Assembly: GCA_964057225.1 (NCBI GenBank)
Contig: OZ059894.1
Span: 9,486,001 to 9,550,000 of the forward strand
DNA: 64,000 nucleotides
Direction of reading: 5' to 3'
Source: Auanema rhodensis
Lineage: Eukaryota > Animalia > Nematoda
Position numbers and translations under genes: made by a program. This document shows positions 35,137-49,088 of this stretch, in pieces (position 1 is the first letter of the stretch; every line of letters starts with the position of its first letter). Under the pieces are notes generated by a model. The model was given only the letters and a program-made list of their open reading frames with translations, was not told where the DNA came from and made no database searches.

Positions 35137-38100
35137 GGGGGAGGGGGAGAAAAAAAAGAAAGAAGAAGTAATAAAAACTTTATTTCAATAAAGGATATTA
35201 AGGTGTTATTACGAAGTAGCCAGGTAACAAGATGATGATGGATTCCCAAAAGCTATTTAGGATATATGCAGTTGAAATGAGGCTGTATTCATTTGGAATT
35301 CTATTGTTCGTCAGTTCTACACTACCCTCCCCCCCAACTCTTTAAGTTGTCCTCCTCTCCCTCCCCCTCGACCACTGTCTAGCTACAACAACGATTTTCA
35401 TGCTATTTTAGTTGTGTCTTCTTCTATTCAAAATATAATATTAATGAATAGATAACTATTATTAAATAATAATATGAATTAACTATATATTTAAAAAAAA
35501 TTTCTTTCTATAATCCATAAGAGACAAAAATAGAAGAAAAAAACATTTTAGAAAAATATACGTAGAAAACAAACATAAATAATAGAAAAATATACATAAA
35601 TGTGAGAACAGAAGTATCATGAAATAACCGGAAAAAGAAAAAAAGAGGATAGCTTGGAACAATGTCTTCGCATATGACAGGCAAAAGCCTGTGTCTCATT
35701 GAAAGTAAATATTAGCTAGAAGTAACATATCCAATTAGATATTTATTTCCTGAACATGAAACCTTGAATAAGAATTTTATGGAATTTGCTCAATGTTCGT
35801 ATAGAATCTACAATAAGTTTTCAGATTAAACTTTTAATAAACTAAGTAAATCTCTCTTTCTATCTTTCCTTTGCTATCTTTCCCTTCTTATCTTCCCCAC
35901 CTTATCTTTTCCTCTTTCTCTCTCTTATACTTTATATAAACAACCGTGTTTTGTACGAAATATTGTAAAAATAAAAATTTTGAACTTACACGTGTAGTCT
36001 CTCACGTGAACTACAATCAAGTCAATATGCAAATTAAGCATTTATTTTAAAGAATAAAAAACAACCAAATGAAATACAGAATAGCATAATAAAGCATTTT
36101 TGGAATAGAAGAGTATAAGAGTTAAGATATTCGATGCGAGTCACGTTGGCAAAGCCAAATGGTCAAAATGGAAGAACAGGAAATCGACATAGAACAAAGC
36201 TATTCATCAGGAAGCAAGACCTATAATCCCGTTCAGCATATATCATTCTGATGTCTGAAACCTCTGCACTTCTACATTCACATAAGCCATTTTCTAATAT
36301 TAAAGTTTAAAAAGAAAGTTCGACGAAAATAGGGAAAGTAGAGTATGAACTGATTGAATTAGGCTTCAATTCACTCATGGCAATCATTTTCAAAACTAAA
36401 CAATCATTCGACTTATAAAATATTATTAATGGAATATTTGGATTAAGAAAATGAGTTTTAATAAAGATAATCTGATATATTTATATTTAAATTTATGATA
36501 AAATACATGATGAATAGATAGATGTCAGTATACAAGCCACAGAATATCCATAAGATGTGAAGCTGAAGCTAAGATGAAGATGATGCTCATTTGGTGAGCA
36601 TCGTGAAAAGACACATTTTTCAGATATTGCTTTGAAATGAGCAATTGTATACATCGTTTCCTTGACATTTCTATTATATATAAGTCCATTTTTTGCTTTT
36701 TGTCCTGTATTTCACACCCGCTTAAATGCTTTTCCCTTCTCTTCTCTTCTCATTCTCTTTCAAATAATGAAACCAATACTAAATTACAAGAAAAAACATT
36801 TGAAATTATTGAAGTGCAATATGTGTTTCAGAGGAAAAAAAGGCAAAAAAATCAAGAATCAAAGGAAATACAGCATTACATCTTATAGCCAATTACGTTA
36901 ATTTTGGCAAATCATGCAAGTTTCTAATACAATTTCAAATGATTTCAAGTCGATATAGACAGAAAGAAAAGTTGCAAGAACTTGACACTATAGATCATTT
37001 CAGAGAAAAGAAAAATTTTTTCTCTTTTTTTCCTTTTTTTTGAAGGAATTCTTGGAGCGAAATTGGAAAAAAAAGCAAAACAACATGAATGGTGATGATG
37101 CTGAGTAATAGAAAACTCTCAGAATCTGATATGAGACATGGATATGGATGATTGCCTATGATGCATTATATGAATGTGTTGTACTTGTTCAGTTTTCTTA
37201 TTGGTTTGTTTCTTTTGAGAAAAAAAAACGAAAAAAAATTAATCAGCTTTAAAGGAAAAAAACATACGCAAGGAAGGAAATTATCTAATTTAAGTAAAAA
37301 CTTCAGTTTCTCTCAGAATGTTGTAGAATGTGTAGAAGAATAAGAAGAAATAGAGAAAACGATGAGCTTCATGATGGTTGGGCTACTCAATGAAATTCCC
37401 AAGAGTAAAGTCTTCAAGAGCGTATGTTTACGCTAATCTGGCAGAATATGCCCATTTTAGAGGCAATCATGATATATAAGCTGAAAAAGAGAACAATAAA
37501 ACAAATATTATTACATATTTAATATTTAATATAAAATATAAAATATTTTTTACCTTTGAGGTAAATGAAAAAAAAGGAAGAACATGAATTCTTGTCTAAA
37601 TTCTTTTAATTTTTTTCTCAAAAATATGTAAAATAGTTATAACTTCAAGTAGAATTTCGGAAGAAATGGAATAGCACTGAGAAGAAAAACGCTGGCTACT
37701 GCTGCAACTCGTACTCGAAAGATGGATAAATCATATAATATATTGAGTTCAATTGCTCAACTGCTGACGTCAAACATCAAATGCTAGCTGTCAAACGATT
37801 TGTACTACAACTAGAAAATCTTATGAGAGAATCATGAATTATCAAATGAAATATAAGAAATATTGTCATTCTGTATAATATCAATGAAATTAGAAATTAT
37901 TTCCTTGTTTTCAAATTGTTCCTTCTTACCTTTCTGTCAATGTTTTTGTTTTTAAATCTTTTTCTTTTTCGATTAATCATTTCAAATATCTGCCATTTTC
38001 TCAAAATCTTTTGCTCTAAGGGAGTGAGATAGTTGAAAGGTGAACATTCAATGTTTTTTCCAATTTCTTTTGGAGAATTTCGTCAGATTCTCTAGAAACT

Positions 38101-39534
38101 TTCTCTCATTGCATAACGCGTAGCTCCTTTTCTCCATCATTAAAACTTGAAAACCATCTTTTTACTAAGCTTTAACTTAAAAAATAAATTCGGAAAGTAC
38201 AATTTCAGCATCGTTTACTTGTCTAGGAACTTCAAATAAATGGATTTTTGAATAAAAACAACGAGATATAATAAGCAATTTTATTTTTAAATTTTGGAAA
38301 AAAATTAGCATATTAAATGATTTTATTTTATTTTTAAATTGCAAAATATGGAGATCGGTTGTATTTGATTTCAATGTTCATGATTCTAATGTTTTTGAAA
38401 TATGAAACATAAAAGTCTAATAGAAACATAATTGTGAGAAGAAGCATCTAGTGAGTAGTGTATTAGACGGATCGAAACCCTGTCACGAAGGCTAAAAGAG
38501 GAGGTGATACAGAGATGGAGAAGCCGTCAGCCTATACGAATTGATGCCAAAAGAAATTAAAATTTGATGAAAATGTGAGATGTAGCATCTTAATTTCAAC
38601 CAGATATAAAAAGCTCACAAAAAATTGAAATGACAAGCGAAAGAACATGAAAATTATGATTTTTTACTAATTATAAAAATGTAATAATTAAGCAAAAATA
38701 TTATATTTTAAGGAAAAATTGTATACAAGTATTGTCTGGCAATGATCTAAAGCATTTCTTCTGCCCATCATCTATGCCATTGTCTTAGCTGAATATCTAT
38801 TTGAAAGGATTTAAATCGAATTCGTGTCTGGCCATCATCATATAGATTGACTAATTTCATTGCCAAAATTCCAATAAACATACTGAAATAGATGAAAAGA
38901 TAAGAAAAATAATATTTACAAATAGAAAAAATCAATGAATGCATTATATGATGAACTGGAAAAGAGGCTTCACGATTCAGGAAAAGCTTAATGCACAGAC
39001 TTTTCTAATGTGAGGTACAGTAGTTTCAGCTACTAGCACTGCTACACTGCTATTGCTATAAGCTTAAGCTTATCGTCTCGTCCACTGAACTACATATCAA
39101 CTACATCGAGTTTTTGAATTTTAGATAAGAAATACATGACAAGCTCAAGATACATCGTATGCTACCATATCAAACTATCTTTAACATTGATATCATTAGT
39201 TCTTATCTACATATCCAGCAAGCTTGATGTTTTATCTTGATTGTACAACTGTGATAAGCAACTTATCAGGCTGCAACTTGAAACGGAAAATACAGGAAAA
39301 CTTCGTTCATTTCCTTAAACTTATACTGGAAACTAATGTTAACGTCAGATTGGAATGGCTTACAGTACTATCGCTTTCGCTAATAGCTTACAACTTAGTT
39401 TATTAGTAAACTTAAGCATTTTATAATAAATACTCCAAAATATGGAGGACTTTGTTGCAACTTTAACAAAATTCAAGTAAAAAATATAATTCTACAACAG
39501 TTTATTAAACAGCTTACTGTACAATTTCAATTTA

Positions 39535-40821
39535 TTAATTTGATGGCAAAGCTGAAGCAAATCCTATTCTCTTTTGCTTGATATCATAGACTTGGCAGTA
39601 AGATCTCATCCAAGTATCTCCTAAGATCCAAGATGGCCCAAATCCAGCAGCACCCATAGAGAAGAAACTAATCACACATCGGCCATTTCCCAATCCAAGA
39701 TCGAGAACGTATTCTTTGGGTAAAACTTCATATCTTTGTCCATTGAAAGTGAAGAAAAGTGGTGGAAGAGATGACATCTGATCGCAAGGAACAGTATAGA
39801 CTTCGTTCAGTTTGTCGAGGGTAGCTTTGGTTTGAGCAACAACGCTCTTGAAAACAGATTCAGGGCATCCGAGCCATGACGTACCGGTGTCAGAGATAGC
39901 CTGAGTTTTCTTAGCGGTAATGAAATCTCCAATTTGGAAGGCATCCATGGGGAACTGCCAGTAGGTCTCACTCGAGAGAGCAACATATTGAATATTGAAG
40001 TCACAGTGAGCGTTATCGAATCCTCCATAGGTAATTAAGCCTCCGTCAGCTTGGTTAGCAGAGCCACCACGATGAGCCATGAAGACTGTGAAGATTTGTT
40101 GATCAAGGCTAGGTAAAAGGTTTTGCATTGGTGGTACGACTTTATCTACAGCTAAAGCTGGCCATCCGAGTCCCATGATTCCATCCATTGGTTGGTATCC
40201 GATTGTGGAGTCAACATGAGTAGCAACTCCAAACTCTTGATTCTTGACAGAGAGACCGCCGAGAGAGAGATTATCTAATCCAAGATATCCCTTGCATGAT
40301 CCAGCCTTATAGCGAATTGTGAAAGTTCTAGACTCCTTCACGAAAGTAGATGATTGACCAGTGTTAAACTTCTTCTTTTTGTAGTTGGAAGCAGCAAAAC
40401 CATTACAAGCAGAGGTATTACAATCAGCATCAATAACCCAAAGGTTGGATGATCCAGTATCAGGAACGATAGTGAAGGTTTGAGCTGAAGACATTATAGA
40501 TGAGAAGTGAGTATCAAAGTGGCGTAGTTTTTACCTGGAGTTCCAAGAGTAATGTTGGCAAGATAGAAGTCATCGGAGTAATCGATGAAATGCTGATTTC
40601 CGACTTGAGGGTCAACTTGGAGTCGAGCAAGATGCTTTTGAGCAAGATATTCATTGTATATTCCTTCCCTAAATCACAATTATTAATATTCAACTTAGTT
40701 ATTATATAAATTACTTAATCATTCTGGCCATCCTGGAACCAGTGCTCCTAGTTTCCATCTTAACGACTGCAGCTTGAGCTGCTGACAGACCGAGCAAAAG
40801 TATAACGAATAAACTTCTCAT
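39535..40821 (-). CDS. Secreted pepsin-family (A1) aspartic protease, asp-1-like, 3 exons
   Basis: Signal peptide MRSLFVILLLGLSAAQA, propeptide, FIDYSDDFYLANITLGTP|AQTF, catalytic DTGSSNLWV and DTGTS, WILGD and RIGFA. Confidence 0.95.
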
Positions 40822-41012
40822 TCTGAAAATGTGAATAAATAAGTTCGAAAGCTATAAGGTTGCCAGCAAGGGCTGAGGAATAGCAGAGAAAGAAGTGTGA
40901 ATTTCTGAAGAAAATGAGTTCATTATATACCAACTCATCTCTTATCGCTCTGAATATCAGTATGAGAAAATAAATGACGAAGAGAGAGAGAAGCATCAAC
41001 TTGTGGGGCTCT

Positions 41013-41262
41013 TGATAAGCTCAAATCGTAGTCAGGCACATCATTCAAAGTTCTTATCACTGACTTTTATTCTTTTTACTAAAGGATGAAGATTGATATA
41101 ACACCAGGCTTCAAGCTACTGTCTTATCTCCATGATGTAATGTGATAAATGGTTAATTTCGCCAGACTGTACTCCAAATTACTCCACCCATAACATCAGA
41201 CTCGCACTCATCTAAAAGGAACTGTACCAATAATTATCATGCTGTTCCGTTATGTCTTATCA
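41013..41262. promoter_or_regulatory. Cluster of TGATAA (GATA/ELT-2-type) sites upstream of the aspartic protease
   Basis: TGATAA/TTATCA at 41013, 41054, 41143, 41234, 41257, plus TTATCT at 41124. TATA-like TATATAA on the minus strand near 40923-40929. Confidence 0.75.
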
Positions 41263-41345
41263 CTAGATGTGTATATTAAATATTTTATTCAGTTTATTGT
41301 GATGATATAACTTAATTAGTTTGAAGCAACGGATTTTAAATGAAT

Positions 41346-42705
41346 CTAGGCTTTTGCTTTTCTCAAGATGAAAGCTTCCAGCAGTTCGAGCTTAGCATCT
41401 TCCGTCATTTCTACATACAGCTTGTTGTGAAACATTGAGCAGAACTGTGTATAGCTGTCAATCCTTTCCAGACATTTGTCCTAAAAAAACGTTCATTTTC
41501 AATTTCTTTTATATTCATATAGTATACAGTGGATCCATTTATTCTTACTAACCTTATATAATTTTAGATTAAATCTCCATACATATAGGACTATAGTATC
41601 AGCACTTAATCCAGTTCCTTCATAATTTTGTAAAAAATTTTGACAATAATATTTAATTATAGGAACATCATATGTATCAGCTATACGAAGTATTTTCTCC
41701 ACATTATTTTCTTCAAAAAAATTCAATTTTTCATTTTATATTTCAGATGAATCATTCAAATCTTTCTCTCTCTTCCTCGCTACATACCGTATACTTCATC
41801 TTCACAGATGTAGAGAAGATATAGAAATTGCTCAAAATCTTTGTAAGTGATATCATAACCAATGTCCAAATCGATATTTGTATTTATAGTAGGTGGTGGC
41901 ACTTCAAGTAAGCCAAGATCTACGTGATGAATGTTCAAGAAGAATGCATATCCAGGAAAAGGACGTCGACTCCTTCTCTCTTGTTCTTCAATTAATTCTT
42001 TGAAAACGCTTGAATGACGTTTTAGTGTCTGGAAAGCTGACGTGATTTAGGTGTTCAGATGCTTCTTTTCAATCTCATCAAAACGAACCGCTTTATGGCA
42101 ATAAAGAGATCGACCTTTTATGGTTAGGCTTAGATCAACTCCATCAAGATTACGTGTTCGAAAGTTTATGAACGGCAAACTTCTGAATTGTAAACAAATT
42201 ATGTTTACATAGCTAGTTTAGGCACTACCTGATTCCTTGAGTTGTCATATTACTGATTGTAATTTGCAAAGATATGGAAGAATGTCCTAATTCGGGTTCC
42301 CGTTCACATAATCTTGAATAAGGTTGTTGGAAAATAGTAAGTGAATTCTTTGCTTTAAGAGTTATCTATAAATCTCAAAAATGAATCGAATACAGAATAT
42401 CACAGAGAAGACTGACTTCTTCTTCTTCGTACAACACACCGTTGACATCAGAATGAAAATCCAAAGTCATAGACCAATCCTTGATGGCACGTACGTGGTG
42501 TGGCACAACGCTAACATCCACAACAACCATATCAATCATATCCACTTCTTTTCGTGAAACAGATAGAATCCTTTAAGAATAAAACTTGAAATAAAGATTT
42601 ACATGCAACTTACCAAGCACTTTTGTCTTTTAAAAATTTTTTTGATGTCACTTCATCGGTAATGTCATGAAAATTTTCAAAAGTGTGATGTATGGAAATG
42701 TCCAT
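41346..42705 (-). CDS. MATH-like + BTB/POZ domain protein (bath-family-like CUL3 adaptor), 7 exons
   Basis: Spliced translation MDISIHHTFENF...W|ILSV (MATH-like), VDLSLTIKGRSLYCHKA|TLKRHSSVFKELI, ITYKDFEQFLYLLY, NNVEKILRIADTYDVPIIKYYCQNFL (BTB). All junctions in phase. Confidence 0.85.
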
Positions 42706-43693
42706 TCTGTAAATAATAATCTTTAATTATATGTAAAATTAAATAAAAATAACAAACAATAGAACAAAAAATAAATTTAAAAAAAACCTAAAAATTAATA
42801 ATTTTATCTTTTTCTTTCTCATAAAAATAGAGTTGTATTGATTTTTTGGAGTATTTTTTATGAACAACATCAATATTTTTCCATAATTCTTTGTCTATAC
42901 ACACCAACTTTATCTATTAAAGTTGGATTTTTCAACTTTTTTCTTAACCAAACTTTAGGCAAAAGTAGAAAAAATGGTTTAAACATAAGATTTACTTCCT
43001 TTCTATTTCATAATTCCGAAAAAAATCTCTTATAACAGGTTATTTTGGTGCGAGAACCTATGTTTTAATGCCAAATACAATTCATTTAAAAGGTTTAATA
43101 TTACTTTTCAAAAGTTATTTAATACTTCTATTTCAAGAAAAAAAAGAAGAAATATATAAATTATTTACTATAAAGATATTTATCATTTTTTATAAGTTAT
43201 ATGACAATTTTTGTAAAATGTTGTAGTTTGATCGAGGTTGGATAAAATCAAAATGGAAATGGTTATACTATTGTTTTCATCTTAATTTAAGTGACAAGTA
43301 GTCAGCTGTCAAGTTTCATATAGTTTTTCCGAGATGTTCATTAGTTAGTTCAGAAGAACATGAACAGATGTTTTTCCAATTATAAAGATCTTACTATACA
43401 TATGGTTAGGAGGCTCTGTTATTCTCTTGTTTAAACTAGAATAAAGCTTAATATGCTGTTAGGGTATAATAAAAATAATTATTTCGATCTTGCCTATGTA
43501 TGATTAAGAGCTCTTATGGCTTATTGGACTTTGAACTCTAAGATCAGTAGATCGAAGATCATCCTGGATTTGCTCACATGGGCTTTGTGTTACGGTACCG
43601 CTGACCTAGGTGCATTTGGCTCCGCCTACTTTGAGCCTGTATATATAGAGATGCACATGCTCATATTCTTCAGATTCGACCATAATCTCTAAA

Positions 43694-44343
43694 ATGGCTT
43701 CATCAATTGTTCTTTTTTCTATTCTCTTCGTTTCTGTTATTGCCTGCCCCTGCGCTAATAAGGATAAGGAGCAGCCCAGTCCACAGCCTACTGCTAACTC
43801 TGATTTTGATTGGAAGACTGCTGATCGCATTCGCTTAGCACAGAATGTGCTCTTTTCTCCTCCCAAGATGGAAACCCCTCTCTGCGGAGATGGCTGGGAA
43901 GTCATGAAGGAGTCTTGCTACTATGTTGAGAGAGATGAAAAACTTTCTTACAATTTGGCTGAGAAGAAGTGCCGCAACCTTGGAGCTACTCTCTTTGTTC
44001 CCAACACCAAGGAAGAATATGTAAGTTTTTTCTAACTATACCCTGTTTCTCATTCTAAGCATTACAGGAGCTCCTCGCTTTCGACGCTCCACAAAACTTC
44101 TTCACCTGGTCTGGACTCACTAAGAAGACCGATACCTCTGAGCCACAATGGTCATCTCCAGAGGGTGTTGACTTCAAGCAATTGAACTGGATCAACCAGC
44201 CTTACGGAGATGCTGTTAATGGATGGAGCACTGCTTCTCAATGTGCTGCTCACTTCAACTCCGTCACCAAGTACACCTTCTGGTATCCTTGCGATTTCGC
44301 CAACTACTACATCTGCGAGCGTAATGCTACTCTAGTTCATTAA
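43694..44343 (+). CDS. Secreted C-type lectin, clec-87/88/91-like
   Basis: Signal peptide, CGDGWEVMKESCYY, AEKKC, LFVPNTKEEY|, WSGL, NGWSTASQCAAHFN, FWYPCDFANYYICE. Exons 43694-44020 and 44068-44343. TATA-like at ~43640. Confidence 0.92.
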
Positions 44344-45161
44344 TTAAGAAAATCTGATAAGATCCCATCATCGAATACGAGTAAAGTTGTAAGTAAAACT
44401 TACAAAATTATGTAAATAAGTAATAAAACTTTGATCGAATATCATATTTTTTGTATTTTCTATCTGATAACGCAACTGAATGAGAAAAACCGTAAAGATC
44501 GTGCAGCTACGAATTGAAAGTAAATGAGATTCTCATCAACATCAGCATCATCAAACCGATCATCATGATCGTACACCGTCTCAATGTTTCTACCTATGCT
44601 TTCAATAAACGATTTGCGAATTGCCGCAGATGGTTGATTTGATTAATAGTTGAAGAGAAACATGTCACATTAGCATCATCCTGATCATCCGAATATCCTT
44701 GTATTTCCAGAAGGTCAGATGAAATCTTGACCAGACAAGCCACGTGTGGAGGGAAGATGTATTTGATCAAAAATGAACAAAATTTTCAAAAGTAATGTGA
44801 TTAAATCTATTTACTTCATTCGCAAGGTTTCTACGAATATCCTGATTAAGCTAGCTGACAGAAACATCGAATCATCTGTCAATCTGAGTAATTCATGCTG
44901 ATGCTAGAAAGAGAAAAACGAACTTGAAGTGGTAAACTTGTCAATTAATATATATGATGTATTATCTATTTACCCATTATCTTATTATTTTGTTATTTAG
45001 AGTTAACTATTCAAAATAATTCATTGAAGTGAAAAATCGTACTGTCGCCGTTCTTGACCCTATTATTACCTTATATAAACTAGCTGACTAGTCCAAGAAG
45101 GTTTTCGGTTTTTTGCTGTTAGTTAGTTCAGTCGTAGAAGAGATTGAAGAATAGAACAAGG

Positions 45162-48100
45162 ATGATCACGGTATGAACATCATTCATAATATTTTTCATG
45201 TTGTGGTTTATTTTGGTCAAAAATCATTGATTGATATCAGTATGTGCATGCTTTTGACTCACTTATCTCGTTCTCTCTTATCTGTTTCTCTCTCGCGCGT
45301 GCGCCCTAAATCTCTTCCAACTTTTTTTTTTAATTTAAGCATGCTCATCTAACAACTTCAAAAAGCATATTTCATCAGTGATTTAATGCTTTATCCATAA
45401 TTAATATGAAATTTTCTTTTTTTTAGCTGTTGCTGATTAGCCTGTTGAGCTTGATTCCATGCTCAATCGCAGTCGATACGAACACGTTACAGGTGCAAGT
45501 AGGAGATGAAGATGCTTTCGGTAAGGACTCTGATTTGCATCTTTGAGAATGGAATGAACCTTTGAAATGACTTTGCGTGTGCATGAGCTTTTCTAACTGT
45601 TTTTCCGACTTTCTGACCGCTGTAGCTTCTCTGACTCTTTCCATAATAGTATCCTCCTCCTCTATCCTTTCGCAGTATGTTCGCAAAGTTTTTCCAAATG
45701 TAAAAAACATTTTCTCCTTTTTTGGCGAAAAATTAGAATAAGAACGTAGGCTCGCAGGGAGAACTATGGCGCTCGTGTGATGAAGTACCGTGTATTAGGA
45801 ATTTCGTCTGTGTGATGAGAAAGCTTACATGTCTAAGCGATCAATGCTCCAACATATCACCATTACCACTCTGTGTTCCTGGAGATCCACGTATATACAT
45901 TAGCTTCTGTTGATCACAAATTCTTATTTTCAATTTGCTTTCAGAACATAACTGTGCGTTTGTAACATGTGTCGATGGTTTCAAATGCATTCATGTGGAA
46001 AATGAATGTGATACTACTCCATGTCTGCCACAACCAAAATGCGTAGCATTTGAGTAAGTGGAAGAAGCCTTTTCACGAATTACAGTTTCATGTTCATCAG
46101 CAGTTCTGCTAATGAACCGTTAATGAAACTTGAATGAAACTTGAGTAGAAATGAAAACGATCACGACAACGTGGATTGCGTTGCAAACGATACTGACATT
46201 CTTTCAGTTTTCAAATCTTACTTTCAAGTTTTGATATTTTAATCCTAATTTCGTTTACAGGGCCTTAACTGATAAAGTTGAACAAGTCACTTCAAGCCCT
46301 AGTTCACAAGAAGATTCGGATAAACCCCGACCTCTTAGTGATAGTAGTATTCAACACTTACATATTCCTCTCCCACCAGGAAGTCGCTTTTTTCAACTTT
46401 ACATGTAGTAACTTGTCCGAATTTAGCAAAACGTCCACCTAAACCAGAAATAGATACATCACTTCCAGCAAGAACACAAATATTCCAAATAAAGGATACT
46501 AAGAGCAGGCGACAACCAAGTTCTATACAACCTGGTATACACTTGTTCAAATCTTCGCAACATAAAATTCTTTATAGTTACAACTACGTCTCCTACACCA
46601 GCTCCAAAAACCTCTGCCAAGACGATAGCATTGGAAAGGTCCGTCAAAACCACTAAACAACCTGAACGGTTAACAACACATACCTCTCCAATTACTCGTA
46701 TTCCTTCTCGTCCTATCTTGTCCCGTGCTGGAAGAATTCACCCTCACCCAACGCATAAAAACTCTAGCAAACCTATTGAGAAAGTACCAAGAAAAGTTTT
46801 ACAACCACATTTGTCAACCACAACATCAAAACCTGTTGACCCACAACCTCAACATCCTCTAAATCAAAAGATTGTGGATCATAGAGAAGCCCGCAGAGGA
46901 TCTCTACGACTACCTAAACCTATTGTTGAGCCTATAAGTCAATTTAGTACACAACATTTGACTGAAAGAGCAAGACCACGTCCTCAGCAACCGGAAAAAC
47001 CTTTCAATCCCATACCTACTTCATCACCTTCTATGGCTGAAGCTCCAGTGGATGAGGCACTCCCAGCTAATATACAAGCTTCGCGAGCTGTGAGCTTCAT
47101 ATTCTTGGATGCTAGACCTGAAGTCATCAGTGCTATTGGAGATTATGCCTGTATGTTATAACTCTACCATCTAGTAATATTATGGTTATAAACTGAATGT
47201 TCACATTTATAGATAGAAATCGTGTACATCGACGTGGCGGTAGCTTCTCTCGTCAACGATACATCACCCGTACGTCAAGAACTGAATCATTTATTTTTAA
47301 AATCAGCCAAAACTTTCAGAAGATCCTTGTGCCAGCGTATTATGCGGAGAAAACCAACGATGTGAAGTATGTCAAAGAATCTATGACAAAGCATAATCCT
47401 CTACCTCTATTCTAGGCAATCTCAGATACAGCAGCTATGTGTGCTTCAGTACCAATATCCGCTTCAAATCGAGCTGTTCCTCAATTATCGTACGAAAAAT
47501 TAAAATTTGAAATTAAACTGAATTCGAAATATTCTAGGCAAATTGTGAGTCCATGGGCAATACAACCACCAACTAAAGGAATAAACAGTAAGTACTTGAA
47601 AAAATTTTATTTGAATCAAGTCTTTAAATGACGAAAATACGTGAAAAACATGAATTGCAACTTTAATTTCAAAGAAAAAATGGAATAAAAACGTTTGAAT
47701 TCTGATTTTCAAAAAGAAAACCTGAATTTGAAATGAAAACATTAGTTATATTTCATTCTTCAGATTTGAACAACTTTGTTTCTGGAGCTGTTAATAGTGT
47801 CCAAGGATATATCTCGCAAATCGAGTGCATTTTTACAGGAAAATGTCTTTCGGGTATCTATATAGGTTAAACCTATAAAATAATTTTTAACTATCCTTTA
47901 AAGATTATCAAACAACTACAAACTATCCTCGTCCCCCTACTACAACTACGACAACACAAAGGTTTTACTACATTTAATCCTGTTTGTTTTATTGTTTTTC
48001 TCAAAGGTATATTACTATTACTACTACTCGAGCACCTACAACTAGATCTTATGTAACGAGACATCCTTGTGATTCCATATACTGTATAAACGGTTTCTGT

Positions 48101-48589
48101 GCAATTAGAAATGGACGTGCTCAATGTGTTCCAGGTAATATAATGGAATTCTATATAGCAAAAGCCAATATATAGTTAGAAGATGCTTTGAAATAGCGGT
48201 ATTTTTATTTAGATTATATCACAGAAACTGCGAGACCAACGACATTATGGCCAACTCGCCCCGCAACAACAGCCACGACAACCACAACGACCACAACGAC
48301 TACAACGACAACAACTCCTCCAGCAGCCCCAAAATGTGGACCGTTTGAAGAGCTAAGCACATGCGGAAAAAACTGTGAAGTTACTTGTACAGATGTGAAA
48401 ACGGTATCAACTAGGCACAAGCTATAGATCCCTCTATATTTCAATTTTTAGGGATGTGTACCACAATGTGGAACCGTGCAAGAATGCATCTGCATGCCCG
48501 GATTCTATCGTTTTGCTGATTTCTGTGTCCGCTCTGCTCTCTGCCCTGTAAATCCATTCGGAAGAGCTATTCCTTTACCAGGAAAGTGA
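45162..48589 (+). CDS. Secreted mucin-like protein with follistatin-N-like Cys repeats, Pro/Thr-rich tracts and a C-terminal TIL domain
   Basis: MIT|LLLISLLSLIPCSIA signal peptide. Cys modules CDEVPCIRNFVC, CAFVTCVDGFKC..CDTTPCLPQPKCV, DPCASVLCGENQRCE, HPCDSIYCINGFC. Poly-Thr at ~48265-48315. Ten-Cys TIL CGPFEELSTCGKNCEVTC..CVPQC..CICMPGFYR..CVRSALC. Some internal junctions unresolved. Confidence 0.8.
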
Positions 48590-48831
48590 AAGAGAACAAT
48601 TAGTTTGTGTATGCTTGTTTTGAACTATTCGGGTATGATCTCACCAGAGTAAGTGGGAAGTTCATGATGCTAAAACATTAACAAAACATCTTTTAAAACA
48701 TGTTATGGTTTGCAATCAATATACAGTGCTATTATTGAGTTTCACATGTTCCACTTTCGAAAATAAAGTTTTTGTAAGTTTTATATCTACAACTAACCGA
48801 ATTATTCAATAAAAACTATTTCAAAAGTTAC

Positions 48832-48915
48832 TGTCATCCGCAGGATTCGAACCTGCGCCCTCCGGAGAGGACTGCGACCTGAACGCAGCGCCTTAGACCA
48901 CTCGGCCAGAATGAC
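48832..48915 (-). tRNA. tRNA-Leu(CAG)
   Basis: GTCATTCTGGCCGAGTGGTCTAAGGCGCTGCGTTCAGGTCGCAGTCCTCTCCGGAGGGCGCAGGTTCGAATCCTGCGGATGACA: cloverleaf with long variable arm, A/B boxes, and a downstream TTTT terminator. Confidence 0.98.
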
Positions 48916-49088
48916 TTGTAGTACTAGTCATTCTTTTTCCAACATAACTGATAATAACAACCAGACAGGAGAGAGAGCACACAAAAACAAGTAAAACGAT
49001 TAAAAGCATTGCTTTCATTTTATATTTTTATGAAGCATACTTTTTAATTTTAATCTGAACAGTTGATTGAGAGTTAAAACATTTAATT

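Noticed and set aside
36120-37990. Minus-strand splice signals (donors near 37928 and 37553, acceptors near 37481 and 36255) and a C-x7-C peptide (SCFLMNSFVLCRF)
   Set aside because: Could not be joined into a coherent ORF or a signal-peptide-bearing precursor; at most a non-coding or UTR transcript.
45776-45840. Two GTGATGA box-C-like motifs suggesting a C/D snoRNA
   Set aside because: Explained by a Cys-rich coding exon (SCDEVPC...VCVMRK); no clear box D or terminal stem.
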